A stretch of 64,000 bases of DNA from Sphaerodactylus townsendi (GCF_021028975.2 NC_059430.1:29884001-29948000); one strand, 5' to 3'. Numbered from the stretch's first letter, positions 50,715-63,960 are shown. The notes: generated by a model from the letters alone, not told the origin. Made by a program: numbers and translations.

Positions 50715-51843
50715 GTAGGCGCTGGGGAGCTGAATTCATGTTGCCAGCTGGGATGCTCTGCTGGAGGGTGGACTGAAGGCTGGACCCAGGGCAAGAGTAT
50801 AGCGGCGCCTTTGCCGCGTGCTTAGGTTATCCCAAAGCGTGGCTCTGCACCTAGGAATCTGCACACTCAAACGGCGGTAGCCTTTTTGGCCACCTGGCCT
50901 TTTTAAAAAAAATTGTATCATTTGAACATTACAGTTTATATTAGTACTCTTCTTCATTCATTTTCAAACAATACATTTCCCCTTTTTCCCCCCCCCCCCC
51001 CCCCGTGTTTTCTTCATGATTTTATCAAACAAACAGCAGTAAGTTAATTCTTTGTATTCTCTTCTCCCATATTTCCTCATTGACTCCGGCTTCTTTCATC
51101 CAGTCCACATATATTGTCCATACCTTCAAGATTCCGCTCTGTTTATCTTGCCACAGTTTATTTTTTGTCATCATGTCGAAAGTGTCCAGTGTCACTTGTA
51201 CCTGGCCTCTTCCTATCGGGCAAGAGGGCTAAAAAAGGAAGAGGCCAGGTGGCCAAAAATGCCAGCGTCGTTTGAGTGTGCAAATGCCGAGCCACCTTCT
51301 GGAATAATTTGTGGCATCCATTAGGTTATATGTGTGTGCTTGATGCTTCAAGGGGTGTCTTCTGAATTCCCTTTGGAGTTGCCGGCCCAGGAGCAGTGTT
51401 GAGTTGGGGATAAGACGCCTCGTGGGGAGAACTAATTGTTGGGATGGGTCCCTGGAAGCACGAGTAAATTCTAAGTTGTCTAAACTTGTCTAGCAGCTAG
51501 CTGTTCAAAAACTTTTTTTTCCACTACAGTGAAGCAAGCAAGGAAGATCCTAGGGGAATTTACATGGTGGCAACAGTGGAGAAATCCTCTCCATTTCCCG
51601 TTGCCTGAGAGAGCTTCTAGAAGAATGGAGAAAATATTGAAATATAAGCAACCTCGATGCCAGATTTTTTATTTTAAAAATAAAAAAAGGCTACACAAAG
51701 AGTTTTGAGTGCACTAGGCCTGTTTAATATCACCATGACGCAATACGATCATAACTCTTGCACATATATGTATTTTTACTGGTGATTCTTCATGTCTACA
51801 TAGTTGTTTTAATCCCCTTTTAATCCTTTTGGGCTGAAACATA

Positions 51844-51984
51844 GGCTCATTCCGCAAATGGAGAATAATGCACTTTCAAACTGCTTTCAGTGCTCTTTGA
51901 AGCTGTGCGGAATAGCAAAACCCACTTGCAAACAGTTGTGAAAGTGGTTTGAAAACGCATTGTTTTGCATGTGCGGAAGGGGCC
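51844..51984. mobile_element. PIF/Harbinger-like MITE
   Basis: TIR GGCTCATTCCGCA / TGCGGAAGGGGCC; 3-bp flanking ATA on both sides. Related termini at ~39395-39530 and 63420. Confidence 0.65.
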
Positions 51985-54088
51985 ATAGAGGAGTTAATCC
52001 TTGATGAAGAAATGCCATCTATATTACGAATACAATTGAAAGGTGGTCTTTCTTAAAAGGTCTTGTCAACATTCTTAATTAGTTTGGTGTAAATTACGGG
52101 TCTTGTCTGTGACATCACCTTGACTTTAAGAGAAGAGATGGACAGCATGTGCCGGTGGGGGGAACCCGACTGAAATGTTGAAATAGAATTGCTAGGTGTA
52201 TAAGTTGCATAATCATCAGTTTCTCCATTCACACAGAAAGACAAACAAAAGCTACATCGTCTGGAAATGATGTAGAAATAGATTGTGTAATGCCATTTTT
52301 ACGTCTTGTTGAACAGTTGTACAATTTCTGTGTCCCTCTTTACCCCCATTAATTCCACATGCAACCTTTACTCCTAGTGCACAGTCAACGGCCAGGGTCA
52401 TTCTTTGAGTAAGGACTATTTGGATTCTAGTCGGACATTAGAAGTGAGTTTGGATGACATACCTTGCCCCTTCCACAAATACATCTTTATTCTTTAGCCT
52501 CTGTTTGGACCACCCCAATAATTAGATAAGGCTTTGGGGTGCCTTTCTGAAAGGACATTATTGCAAAAAGTTATCACCCCTGGATTTGAGTTACCTGTTC
52601 CTGGTACCTGCCTTTGGCCTCAATTCCTCATTTGCAATACAGAACTGATAACTGATCAAAATAGAGGCCTGCTATATTGCTGTAAAGAATTGCAATTTTT
52701 TCGTATTGGAAAATACGGTGTGTGTGCCCACAGTAATCAGAAACAAATTTCCATTGTCTGGAAAATTGCAATAATGGTATTTTCATTGCATCACAACAGA
52801 ACCTCTTGGATATAGTAACAAAATGTTCCATAAGTTTTGAAAAGCTTTAAATTTCCAGGACCAGATTCCCAAGTGGAACGAATGACACAGACCCACATTT
52901 TTTATCTGCCTAAATTATAGGGAGGGAAAGACGTAATAAATTTTGAAGTGGGGGGCAGACTCAGAGCTGAGAGTTGTAGTAAAAGTCTCATTTTTATATC
53001 CTCCTGTTAATATAGCTTTCAATCAAACTCAAAGCAGCCTCTATTTTCCCCCCATCTTGTATACATGCCTTGTGCCTTTGGACATGCTAGAAAATCAGCT
53101 TGCTTTTCATTGGTGGCATTAGACAATTGAAGGGTGTAACTGGATCCAGGTTTACTAATTAAAATGACTGTGTGTTCATGCTTGCATTCAGCTTATTGCA
53201 CGAGTTTCTTGGAGAAGGAAAGATCTCCCTCACACAGATTGCTGAACGTTTCAGGTTGCTCTATCACTCCATGGGCAAAAGCCAGTGACCAAAATTGTGG
53301 AATGTTTCTTATTCAGACTGAATTTTTTTTAAACTGTGCATCAGGAAACAGTGTGCAAGCTGTTGAGTTTTTTGGAACACTTTCTCAGGCGGGATTACTT
53401 TTCTTTTCAGGGATCCCCCGGGTTGTTCCATTCTTTTTTCTTCACTCATGTCTTATTTTTCTGTAACCTGCAACTTTGCTTATGAACGACAAAACAGTAA
53501 TTAAAATTCTTGCAAGTTAGGGGACAGATTAGTCATCACTAGGCTTTCTACTACTGCATATTTTATAGCGTTGATTTATTTGAGGGATGGGTTTTATTTA
53601 TTATCTTCATAATTTATATCCCACTGGTCAGCCTCAGGCCCTCTTTCTCTGACTTAGTAGCTTCTGCACATGATGGGAGTGGTGATGTTCATACTGGCCT
53701 GATAAAAGCAATGTAGATTAGGGGTGTGTATCTTTTTTTTTCTGGTATATTCCAGATTCAAGTTTATTGGACCTGAATTTTTTTAAAAAATAGCTGGAGA
53801 AAACAGAATACTCCTACTGGTAAATGAGGTTTTCAGATTTGTTTTGTTTATTGGATATCTGAAATTGTTCAGTTCCATTGAAGTGTAGGGGGAATTTTTT
53901 CAAGGCTTAGAGGGGAGGTGTCTTTTTAAAGATAGACTGATAGAGGGATCAAATTTGCAGCACACCTGCATGTGATTCTCCTTAGAATAACCTCCTAGGG
54001 GGAATAACTTTTAAAAGAGCAAGTTGGATGAAGGTTGGGTCAGGGAGTCAAATTGGGCCTCCAAAGGAGGAACCCCATCTGTCTAGTG

Positions 54089-54236
54089 CAGGGGTCTGCA
54101 ACCTGCAGCTCTCCAGATGTTTATCGACTACAATTCCCATCAGCCCCTGACACCATGGCCAATTGGCCATGCTGGTAGGGGCTGATGGGAATTGTAGTCC
54201 ATGAACATCTGGAGAGCTGCAGGTTGCAGACCCCTG
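54089..54236. mobile_element. Palindromic hAT MITE (full copy)
   Basis: Same core; TSD GTCTAGTG. Confidence 0.9.
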
Positions 54237-57200
54237 GTCTAGTGGAGTTTTCAGTTTTTTCCAATGGAAGATATGGGCCCATAAAATCAGTCCTTGTGAC
54301 CCAAACGTCACCAAATTTGGTTTCTTCTGAGGACAGTCACCTGCAACCATGCTGCAAATTCGATCCCCCTACCTTGAAAAAACACTCCCCCAAGAACCCC
54401 AAAACATATACTTGAATGGGCTAATGTCACATGCAAGCATCCCTTGGAAAAAGTTCCCGCTGTTAACATTGTGGGGAAGGCTGTCTTGCTCCAACTGCAT
54501 TCAATGGGAGATCTTTGCGAGGCTCTGGGGAGTTCTTTTTCAAGGCAGAGGCTCCAAATTTGCAGCACAGCTGCTGGTGACTCTTCTCAGAAGAACCCCC
54601 CAAGTTTGGAGAAGTTTGGGTCAGTGGGTCCAGTTCCATTTGGGTGCTCATATAGCTGGACCTACTCATCCGGGTTGAGCTGGGTCTCTTTCCATAACAC
54701 CTCAGTCTCACAAAAGAAGGTTGCGGGGGCTCCCTTCTGCTCCACTCAATGCTCCAGGATGGCATAGATGGAGTTCCAGTGAGTGCTGACGCTGCCAAAC
54801 ATGTGGTGCTCTGGCATGTCTGTCAGTCCCTGCTTCTCATGCAGCAGATGGGGGTCCTTCACATTGCAAAGTGACCATGAGACCATTTCTGGAAGAGATG
54901 CCAGAAGGCAAGGGTCACACCACCCAGCCTGGGATTCTCTGCAAAACCCAGACCCAAGCCTCCTTAACCATGAGATGGAGATGATGGACCACACAGTAAA
55001 CATGCTTCAGGCCCAGTGCCATGGTTGCTGTTCTGAAGTTTGGGCTGCCATCGGTCACCATGAAGCCCACCTGATAATCTGTTATCAGTCTATATTTACC
55101 TGGGTCCTTCTATCTCATTGCTGAAAAGTTTACGAAAGATCCTTTGGTGAAGCTTTTTGAAGAACAGCTCAATAATGTCTATCAAATTACCCCATCTACC
55201 CTGTCGTTTCTTTATTGCCAGCCTTTAAATAGCTATGAGCATATTTTAAACCGGTAAGTATCTGATGACCACAATCTATGACCTACTCACAAATTTAGAA
55301 AATAAATTTACCGTATATAAAAACAGATGGGAAAAAGATTTATCAAGGAGTATATGCCGAAAACATATGCTAAGGTAGGTATTAGAGAAAATATCTTAAA
55401 AATCATGTATAGGTAGTACCTTACAGCTGTCAAAGTTGCCAAAATAATGACAGGAGTTTCTAATAAATGCTGATTGGCCATGCTGGCAGGGGCTGATGGG
55501 AATTGTAGTCCATGAACATCTGGAGAGCCACAGGTTGCAGACCCCTGCATTAGACTAATGGGGTTGTAATTTTCCTTGCTCTCTTGAAGTCTGTAACAAA
55601 CTTCCATCAGTTTCCAAGATACTAGGAATGGCAACTCATTGATGTGTGTGTGGGGTGGGGTGGGGGGGTTAGGGTGAGGGAGGGCAGGTCTAGGCATTGC
55701 TAAATGAAGCATTACAGACTCTCAAATGGTTTTTGTACTCATTTTGTCACAACATGTGCCTTTTCAAATAAAAATAGGAGCTACTGAAAAACTTTATTTG
55801 GGGTTGGTGCCTGTTCCCCTCCCTTTCCCACCCATTTCAATCTGTGGAGGTGTGACCATGAAATGCATTTTGTGACTTATTAAACAATGCTCCTAGTAAG
55901 CATTGAGATCTCAATAAACCATGCTTTTGGCTCATTTTTAGTCCTCTCTTCTTGCCTTAAATGTTCCTATTATTAAAGCCCCAAGCTAGATGTCATTTTG
56001 GAAAATGTGAGAAGGAATGCATTTTGTGTTTTTTTAGAAATATTGTCATTTGTTCGAAAATATATTCCACTTTTTAATATTTTCCTTTCCATCCATTGGT
56101 CATATAATGACCTAACATATTTGTACATCCAGCCCAAAACAGCAGTTAGATCTATTATACAGGCCCTGATTTTTCCATGTACCTTACTCAAGACAGTCCT
56201 ATGTGCAAATACCAAACAAACTGATATCTGTTCAGCAACAGCTTTCCTCTTGGTGATAAGGGCCAAAATATATGTGTGATGGAGTAGACATTTTGGTCAT
56301 ATGTGTTCCATTTATTTGTAAACTGGGTGGACATTTTTTGTGCAACAAAAACAACTGTGTATGAACAAGGAGAACAAACACATCGTCATTGCCTTGTTAG
56401 CCAGCAATCCACTGCAGGCTCTCTTCTCTTAGCCTGGCTGTCTTTGCATATTAATTATATAAAGGTTCTAAAGTATATGCAATAGTAGTTTGCTGAGCAA
56501 GTCCGTTGCACTCGGCTTTTCAGAGAACACATTCACAGTTCTTTGTAGCCTGCTCCCTTGGTTGGCATGGTCTGTTGAGTCCTTGGCATGACTGAGTAGC
56601 TTGTGGTAATGTAGTGGTTCCCCCTTGCCAATTTACTTTGTGGGTGGCATTTTGCTTTCCACAATGGTGGCTAGACCTCTAATGAACTTGGGCCTGAAAC
56701 TGAAGTTGCAATGAGATTAGAAAGACTTCTAGAGCTCTAGAACTGGTCAACATTTTAGCAGTCTAAAACAGGAAGATTAGCCCCTTTTCTCTGACGATCG
56801 AGATCTCTATTCTCTGGTCCTCCTCCTTGATTCATACTGGAACAACAGCAGTGACGGAAACCAATGTCTGTATATTTTGGTTTAGAACACATTTTGCAAA
56901 TGTGTTGGTGGTTTACACTGCCACGTTTAAGGCTGAACAGCCTTAATTGTTCTGTTGTTCTGTTCTGTTGACTTCAGTGCATGAGATGGACACAAGATGA
57001 TTCTTTCCCGTGTGGATCTTACTTTTGGATCTCTGTAAAGGACGTGTTTTCGGCTAACATTTTTTATTGCTCTCTTTTTGGTTTTGGAATAACTCGGCAC
57101 TGCACACTTCAACTAATTCAGCTGTCATCTTTTCCCCCACCCAAAAAACTCTGCTTCAGTCAGAGGGCTAAAGTCTTGGCACCCTTGCAAATGATATTCT

Positions 57201-57844
57201 TCTCCCTCATCTCAGGATTCTTTAAGAGAAGCTACGAGAATGAAACCCCTTCAGGAAAGCTATGTAGAAGGTGCCTGACGACAGTATTTTCTTCTAGTTT
57301 GATTGATGTGGGGTCAGATCAAAAAAACTCCCTCCTGGTAAACAAAATCTTGAATCCAACCTATCACTGAAGCAGCTACTTAAATTGTTTTTGGGATGTG
57401 TTTTTGCCATTCATGCATTGAATTTAAAAGGGCCTTCCATTTTCTGTTGGTAGCCAAACATTTTTTTTTTAAAGCTCATTTGCTGCTGTGCCAAATTTTC
57501 ATGCAAGCTGATTTTTTAGTGTAAAAAGTAGATTTTTGTGAGATGTAAAAAGTACTTCAAAAATCTTTTGTTTTGTATGTGTTTTCAATTCAAAGCTGAG
57601 ATAATTTTACTGCTTTGGTGCCCCATCTAGTGCTTCCCTGCATAATCCCTCCAAATCTGGAATTCCATCTGCGCATGGCCAATCAAATTTAGTCATGTAA
57701 AAATATCAGCTGGTACAAACGAAGCTTTCCTGTTGTTCTTCCGATGCAGGCCTAAGCAGAGTAAACCCTTCTAAATCAATGAGCACAAAATGATATAACT
57801 CCGCTCAGGAAGGTAGGTTGTCTACCAAAGCTGCATCACAAACC

Positions 57845-59712
57845 TTCTCTGTAAGGGCAGGAGGACATCTTGAGTGGGTGATTCCCAGCCCTTGGATCAG
57901 GGAGGCGGGATAAACTTTCTTGTTCTGCTTCTCCTGCTTAGAGTCACCAGCTCTAGTTTTGTCTCCTGCCTCGGCAAGAGAGAGCAGACTTCAGAGTAGG
58001 CTCTGAGAGCAAGCTTAGATTTTTTGCATAGCTTCCTTTTTCTCTTACTTCTTTCTCTTTCCTTTCTGAACACTCCTGCATCTCTGCCTTTCCCCCTCAC
58101 TTTCTATTCCTTTCAGGATAGGAATCCCTTCTTGCTGGATCCTCCCTTGCAGTTTGAAACAATGGTGGGAAAAGGTTTGGGAGACGGCTTCCTATTGGGA
58201 ACCTAATTAAAAACCCCACTGATGCCAGCTGCAATGGGAACCATGCAGTGAGCTTCCTCCTACCTGGAATTCAAAGGAAGAAAGCAGCTCTGCTCTTCCA
58301 GTCTGGAGGGAGCTGTGGCAGCCATTTTGTCTTACAAGCATCTCCTCTTAAGAACAGATAGCATATTAGCCAATATGTATGTCAGGGGGGTTCAAGATGC
58401 TCCATACTACACAAGAAAGTGCTAGAAATTCTTCAGTGGGCTGAAGACAACCTACTATACTTACAAGCAGAACATGTGAAGGGACTCCTCAACATCACGG
58501 TGGACTGGCTGAGCCAGAAGGATGTGCTAGAGTTGGAATGGGCTCTCCACAAGTCTCTTTCAAGATTATCATGTATCACTTTGGCCAGCCAATCCTGGAC
58601 CTCTTTGCCTCCCTCGTAAATCAAAGAGATGGCCCCGGAACCGCTCCTCAAGCTATCCACGAGACCAGACATGTTGCACTCAGGTCTAATATTCCATCCA
58701 GACCCAAAATGGTTCAGTTGACCTCATGGAAATTGAGAAATCCAAGCTCAGAAAAATGAAGTTTTCCTCGAAAGTGATCGACACCATCTTGGCATCCCGT
58801 TGACTTTCCACAACAGGAAATATAATGCCACCTAGAAAGCTTTCTTACACTGTGAGGATGGCCCTGAGAATCTATCTGAAATGAACACATAGTATTAGGC
58901 AGTCTGATTACTTGTACATTTCTATCAGTCCTCCTAATCTAGGAAAAGCTATGTCCAAGGCAGCCATAAGCTCTACCTTAAAGAACTGTATTGTAGAAGT
59001 TTACAGGGCACAAAGCTTACCAGGTCCCCCAGCACATTCAATACATAGCTCGGCCATCAGTGCCTCAATGTCAAAAGATGCTTTGGTAGAGGAAATATGC
59101 AAGGTGGCTACATGGGCCACTATTTCTACACTTACAAACTTAACACATACGGTTCAGCAGACTCAGCCTTGGCCTCAAGGCACTGCAGCATATACTAGAT
59201 TCTTAACCTGATGCCTCACTCTGTACTGAGAACACTGCTCTGGGTGGTCCCACTCAAGATACACTCCTGCCCTTCAAGGAGGATGATCCATTGGGTACTT
59301 ACCATGAAGGGTTATTCTCCTTGGAGGATAGGAAGACACCTGGTCCCTCCCTTGATCGTCAGTATATTCCTGTGGAAAGTTTACTAACATATGAGTTTCA
59401 ATACTCTATTAAAATTCGGTTACTTGTTCTGTCCTTCTACACTGTTTTCTGGTTCCTTCTTGTAAAAGTTGAAGGTCTCTGTTTTAGTAAAGGATTGTGG
59501 AGAGAGCTTTATTGTTAAAGTTGATGTTCTCAATTTTTGGACAAACGGCTATTGGAAGTATCCAAAGTGGAGCAGCTAACTCCCGGACAGGAAACAGAAA
59601 CTGGAACAAGAAAGTTTATCCTACCTCTCTGATCCAAGATCTGGGAATCAGTCACTCGATATGTCCTCTTGTCCTTCAAAGAAAAGAACCCTTCACAATA
59701 AGTACCAATGGA
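57845..59712 (+). mobile_element. Internally deleted DIRS1-type (tyrosine recombinase) retrotransposon
   Basis: Inverted terminal repeats (57845-57925 vs 59604-59690) and an internal complementary region at 59249-59338. Remnants: RNase H LQAEHVKGLLNITVDWLSQ, FGQPILDLFAS, and YR-like AHSIHSSA...VEEICKVATWAT. Confidence 0.85.
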
Positions 59713-59920
59713 TTGTTTTGCCCTAATTCTGTTCTAGTTATGTTATGACATGGCGGGGCTGTGTATTCCAATGCAAATACCGTTGATAAATAATGACCTC
59801 CCCTTTGAGCACTTTGATTTAGAGCCCCATCTGTGTTCTGCCACAAGTGATCAAGTACCGGTATGTGACAGTACCATGGGAAGGAGCCCCTAGGGGAAAT
59901 GTTACTTGTTCACCTTCCAG

Positions 59921-60016
59921 AATGTTTCCCAAACTAGTGCAAAAGATATGCCAGAAAGTGTGGGTCTGTTCAGCATTAACAACAGCACTTCAGACCTGAT
60001 TGTCTGTGAATATGAG
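59921..60016 (+). CDS. Candidate 96-nt internal exon of the DENND2A-position gene (NVSQTSAKDMPESVGLFSINNSTSDLIVCEYE)
   Basis: Acceptor ttgttcaccttccag| and donor GAG|gtgagg; stop-free, phase 0-0, in frame with the 50598-50714 ORF. Confidence 0.45.
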
Positions 60017-60110
60017 GTGAGGGACTAATCTCTGCTGGGCTTGGAGAGACCATTTTATTGCAGTTGGGATGTTCTGTGGTACTTTCATTGTCATGAACAT
60101 CATCCTAAAG

Positions 60111-60249
60111 CCATGGTGGCAAACCTATGGCACTCCAGATGTTCATGGACTACAATTCCCATCAGCCCCTGCCAATTGGCCATGCTGGCAGGGGCTGATG
60201 CGAATTGTAGTTCATGAACATCTGGAGTGCCATAGGTTTGCCACCACTG
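60111..60249. mobile_element. Palindromic hAT MITE
   Basis: Same core; TSD TCCTAAAG. Confidence 0.85.
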
Positions 60250-61796
60250 TCCTAAAGAATCCTGGGAACTGTAGTTTGCTAAGAATTAGCACTCTGTAGC
60301 TTCCTTCACTGAATTGCTGTTCTGAGGGTTTCCTTGAGAGAGGAAAAGACTTAAACCTTTTTAGCTTCTTCTTTGAGCTAATGATACCACAAACAATGCT
60401 CTACTTGGAACTAGCTGGTGACAGATTAACGTATGTTTATTTACACTCCTGTGGTAACATCTGTGGCTTGTGCTTCTTTGCTTCTTGATGGTTACTAAGT
60501 ATGTTTCTAGTGGCTTTCTTTATTGTCCCAATAAAAAGTGTGTGGGCTACTTTCCCCGAACCACCAGGAATTCAGTAACCGATACAGAGTCAGTTCAGTG
60601 CAAGTTGACCAGGAACCGTCCCATGCTTTTTCTGTGACCACTCACCTTTTACTGGTTATTTATTTTTGCATTAATATCTGTGGCAAGCTCTACGCTTGTG
60701 TCATCAGCTGCACATCTGATAGCAAAAGCTTGCCACAGATATTGCCCCTCCCTCAAGATGGGTTTTTAGGAGGAAGTTGCTTGTCCGGCATTGCGATCAT
60801 AGAACTCTGATGTTATGTGTACTTTTGCCCAAGGAATGCATTGATAAGGAACGCGGCAACAATGGCAAAAAAGAGAACTGCAGAGCTAGTCTCTTTTTTT
60901 CTGCATCCCAAAAGGTTGTGTGTCTCAGAGCTGCCTTTGGGACCTCTAAGGTTTCAGTTCTATGCCTGTTTGGAAATACTTCTGAATAAACAAGTATAGA
61001 CTCAGGGTGTCTGTTGTGGAGCTGACAGTGAGTTGCCTTTTTTTCTGACCAAGTAATGGCCACAAAGTCCTTCCAAACTGTTCCTAGGGGACGTTTAAAG
61101 CCCTTATTTGTTTTTTGTTCCTTGTTCCTGTGTTTTGTAAAGAATTGTGAATAGAAAAAGTCCATGTTTTTAATCTTTTGTTTCTGTGTGTGCGCTCACA
61201 TGAAACACCTCTACTTTTTTTTTTAATACTCTGACTGTGAATCATTATGAAACAGTGTTGGCCAAGATGACCTGAGTTCAAATTCTTGTTCAGCCTGGGT
61301 GGCCGTAATCTTTCCTACTGATCTACAGGAAGCCTGTGTGGATGAAACAGGATAGTCCCATGCACGCCACCCTTAGATGCTTGGAGGAAAGGTATGCATA
61401 TGATATGTGCTGCTAAGCTGCATTGATTACAGGGAGACTGTGCACAAAGTGTCCTTAAACACTCTCATGTTTTCTTGTATTTTTGCTTGCTGTTCATAAC
61501 CCAGAATAAATTGTGTGAAGTTTGACCTCGACACAGTGGTAGGACATTCCATACCTGGCACAAGGTTAACGTTGTAGTGATGCAGTTCTTGGCACAGTCA
61601 ATCTTGCTTTAGTTGTTTAAAACACTTTCATTGTCCATTGCTTGCGGTGGTTCCTGCTGATACTTGTCTGTGTTAAGTTTTTTGCAGATTTCTGTTTTAA
61701 TTGGCTGCTCAGCAGCTTTAACAGATGTGTTTTGTGTTGTGTTGATTTGTATTTTGACTTGAACACTTGAAATAAGCTGGAAAAATGAGTCAGAAG

Positions 61797-61806
61797 GTGT
61801 GTGTGG

Positions 61807-61843
<37 letters not shown>

Positions 61844-61943
61844 CACTACTATATATACTACTATATATACTACTATATGCTACTTTCTATTTTATATAGA
61901 TATAGAAAGTAGATATAGAAATAGAAAGTAAGTAGATATAGAA
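61797..61943. repeat. Compound microsatellite (TG)n(TA)n(CTACTATATATA)n(TAGATATAGAAAG)n
   Basis: Seen directly in the sequence. Confidence 0.85.
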
Positions 61944-62232
61944 CAGGGGTAGGGAACCTTTAACACTCAAAGAGCCATTTGGACCCGTTTTCCACGGGAA
62001 AAGAAAACATTTGGAGCCGCAAATAATTTTTGACATTTAAAATAAAGATAACACTATATATATAGGGGTTTTTTTTACCTTTTACTCCGCTCATTCTGAG
62101 AAGCGCATGGATGCGCCCGCCCTGCTGCCTGCAGGGCGGGCAAGGATGGGGCCGGCGGCTCGGCTCGTGGAGCCACAGTGCAAGGGCAGAAGAGCTGCAT
62201 GCGGCTCTTGAGCCGCAGGTTCCCTACCCCTG
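61944..62232. mobile_element. Non-autonomous hAT element
   Basis: TIR CAGGGGTAGGGAACCT; perfect 8-bp TSD ATATAGAA; inserted into a simple-repeat tract. Confidence 0.85.
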
Positions 62233-63151
62233 ATATAGAAAGTAGATATAGAAATAGAAAGTAGCAGTGTTTTGTAGAAGGCAAGCAAACTATTTCCAAG
62301 CACAATTCAAAGCACTAGTTCTCATTGATAGTGTCCCCAATGGCTTGGGGCCAGGGTACACGAAGGCTTGCCTCCTCCCATATTGTCCAGCCTGCCAATC
62401 AAGATCCTCATGTCAAGCCCTGCTCTCTGTAGTCCCACCTATAAAGGTAAGGTGGGTGGCAACAAGAGACAGAGCATTTTCAGTGGTGGCACCTTGCCTT
62501 GAGGCTTGCCTAGCAGCTACATTTCTTTCCTTTTAGGCATTTCTCTTTACCTAGGCCTTTAACTGTGTTACTTTTTAAAGTTGTTTTGCGGTCTGATCCT
62601 AGTTTAAGGACTATTTTGTCATCCATATGTCTAATTCTCAACATGGCCCCATCAGTGGATACTTAAATCTAGATATTTGAGCCAGGAACCAACAAGAGAG
62701 ATCTTTCTACAAACCTTAGAACAGCCCCAGATTTTTACCCTTTTAAATGTTACCCTTCAAAAGCCCATGGACTTCTATGGAATAAGAAGGTCATAACTCT
62801 TTAGGACAACCTCTGGTTGTGGTTTTGTGTTTGCAGAGGGGAAACTATCAACTAAGCCTTAACTACAGTTTCTGTATTGACTGGGAAATCCCAGTGTTAA
62901 TTACACTTTAAAAATGGTAATGTGGGCACTCCCTCAGTGCATTTAGAAAAACCCTGTCACACAAGAGCTTGGAAATGAAAAAAACGTGTATAGCAAAGTG
63001 GCATTTTTGGCAAAGTGGAAACTGAAGTTTGCAGATAAAATCAGTTTTCAGGTAAAGGGTTGAACTTGTAGATTGTTGCAACCATTAAAAATAGCATGAG
63101 CAAATGAAGGCCCTCCAAAATGACCTTTTTACACACTCATTGTAATCCACG

Positions 63152-63419
63152 TTACCTGTGTTACCATATATGGAACGAGAAATGCCTGATGTTCAAGCTG
63201 GATTCAGAAGAGGAAGAGCCACTAAAGATCATATTGCAAATTCATTTTGGTTACTGGAGCATAGAAGAGAATTTCAGAAAAAAAACAACTTGTGTTTCAT
63301 AGATTACAGCAAAACTTTTGACTGTGTGGATCATGAAAAGTTATGGCTGGTTTTGAAAGAGATGCCACATCTGATTGTTTTGATTCACAACCTGTACTCT
63401 GGCCTGGAGGCTACTGTTA
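63152..63419 (+). mobile_element. RTE LINE RT fragment
   Basis: LPYMEREMPDVQAGFRRGRATKDHIAN...CFIDYSKTFDCVDHEKLWLVL. Confidence 0.85.
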
Positions 63420-63789
63420 GGCCCTTTCCGCAACACCGTAAAACACCGTTTTGGAGGGGAGCCTTCGCATAGGTGCCACTGCCAAATCGATGCAGCGGAG
63501 CTCTCTCACCCCCCCCCCCAAAACGGTGTTTTCAAACCTTACTCGGGGAGCGAGGTTTTTGCAAACACCGGCTTCCATTCAGTGCCAAGCGAACGGCACC
63601 GGGTGGAAGCCGGCGTTTCCCCACCCCCAGCCCTCTCAAACTTCACTTACCTCCTGTCACCTTCTGTCACGTTGTGAAGGCCAGGGGACATGCCTCCTGG
63701 CCTCCGACTCCAGCGTCGTCGCTCTGGCCAGGAGGGCGTGTCCCCTGCCTCCACAACATGATGGCAGACAGGAGGTAAGCGGCATTTGG

Positions 63790-63960
63790 GGTGCACCCAG
63801 CGGGACTGTCCGTGCGAACGGTCCCATGGGGACTGTCCAGCGGGACTGTCCGTGCGAACGGTCCCATGGGGACTGTCCATGCGAATGGTCCCATGGGGTG
63901 CACCCAGTGGGACTGTCCGTGTGAACGGTCCCATGGGGACTGTCCATGCGAACGGTCCCA
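63790..63960. repeat. GC-rich minisatellite (GGGACTGTCCGTGCGAACGGTCCCATGG-type units) inside a probable Harbinger-like element starting at 63420
   Basis: About five tandem ~29-bp units with variant linkers. Confidence 0.8.

Noticed and set aside
63790-63960. Repeat array resembling CRISPR
   Set aside because: No unique spacers or cas genes, and the context is eukaryotic; it is a minisatellite.
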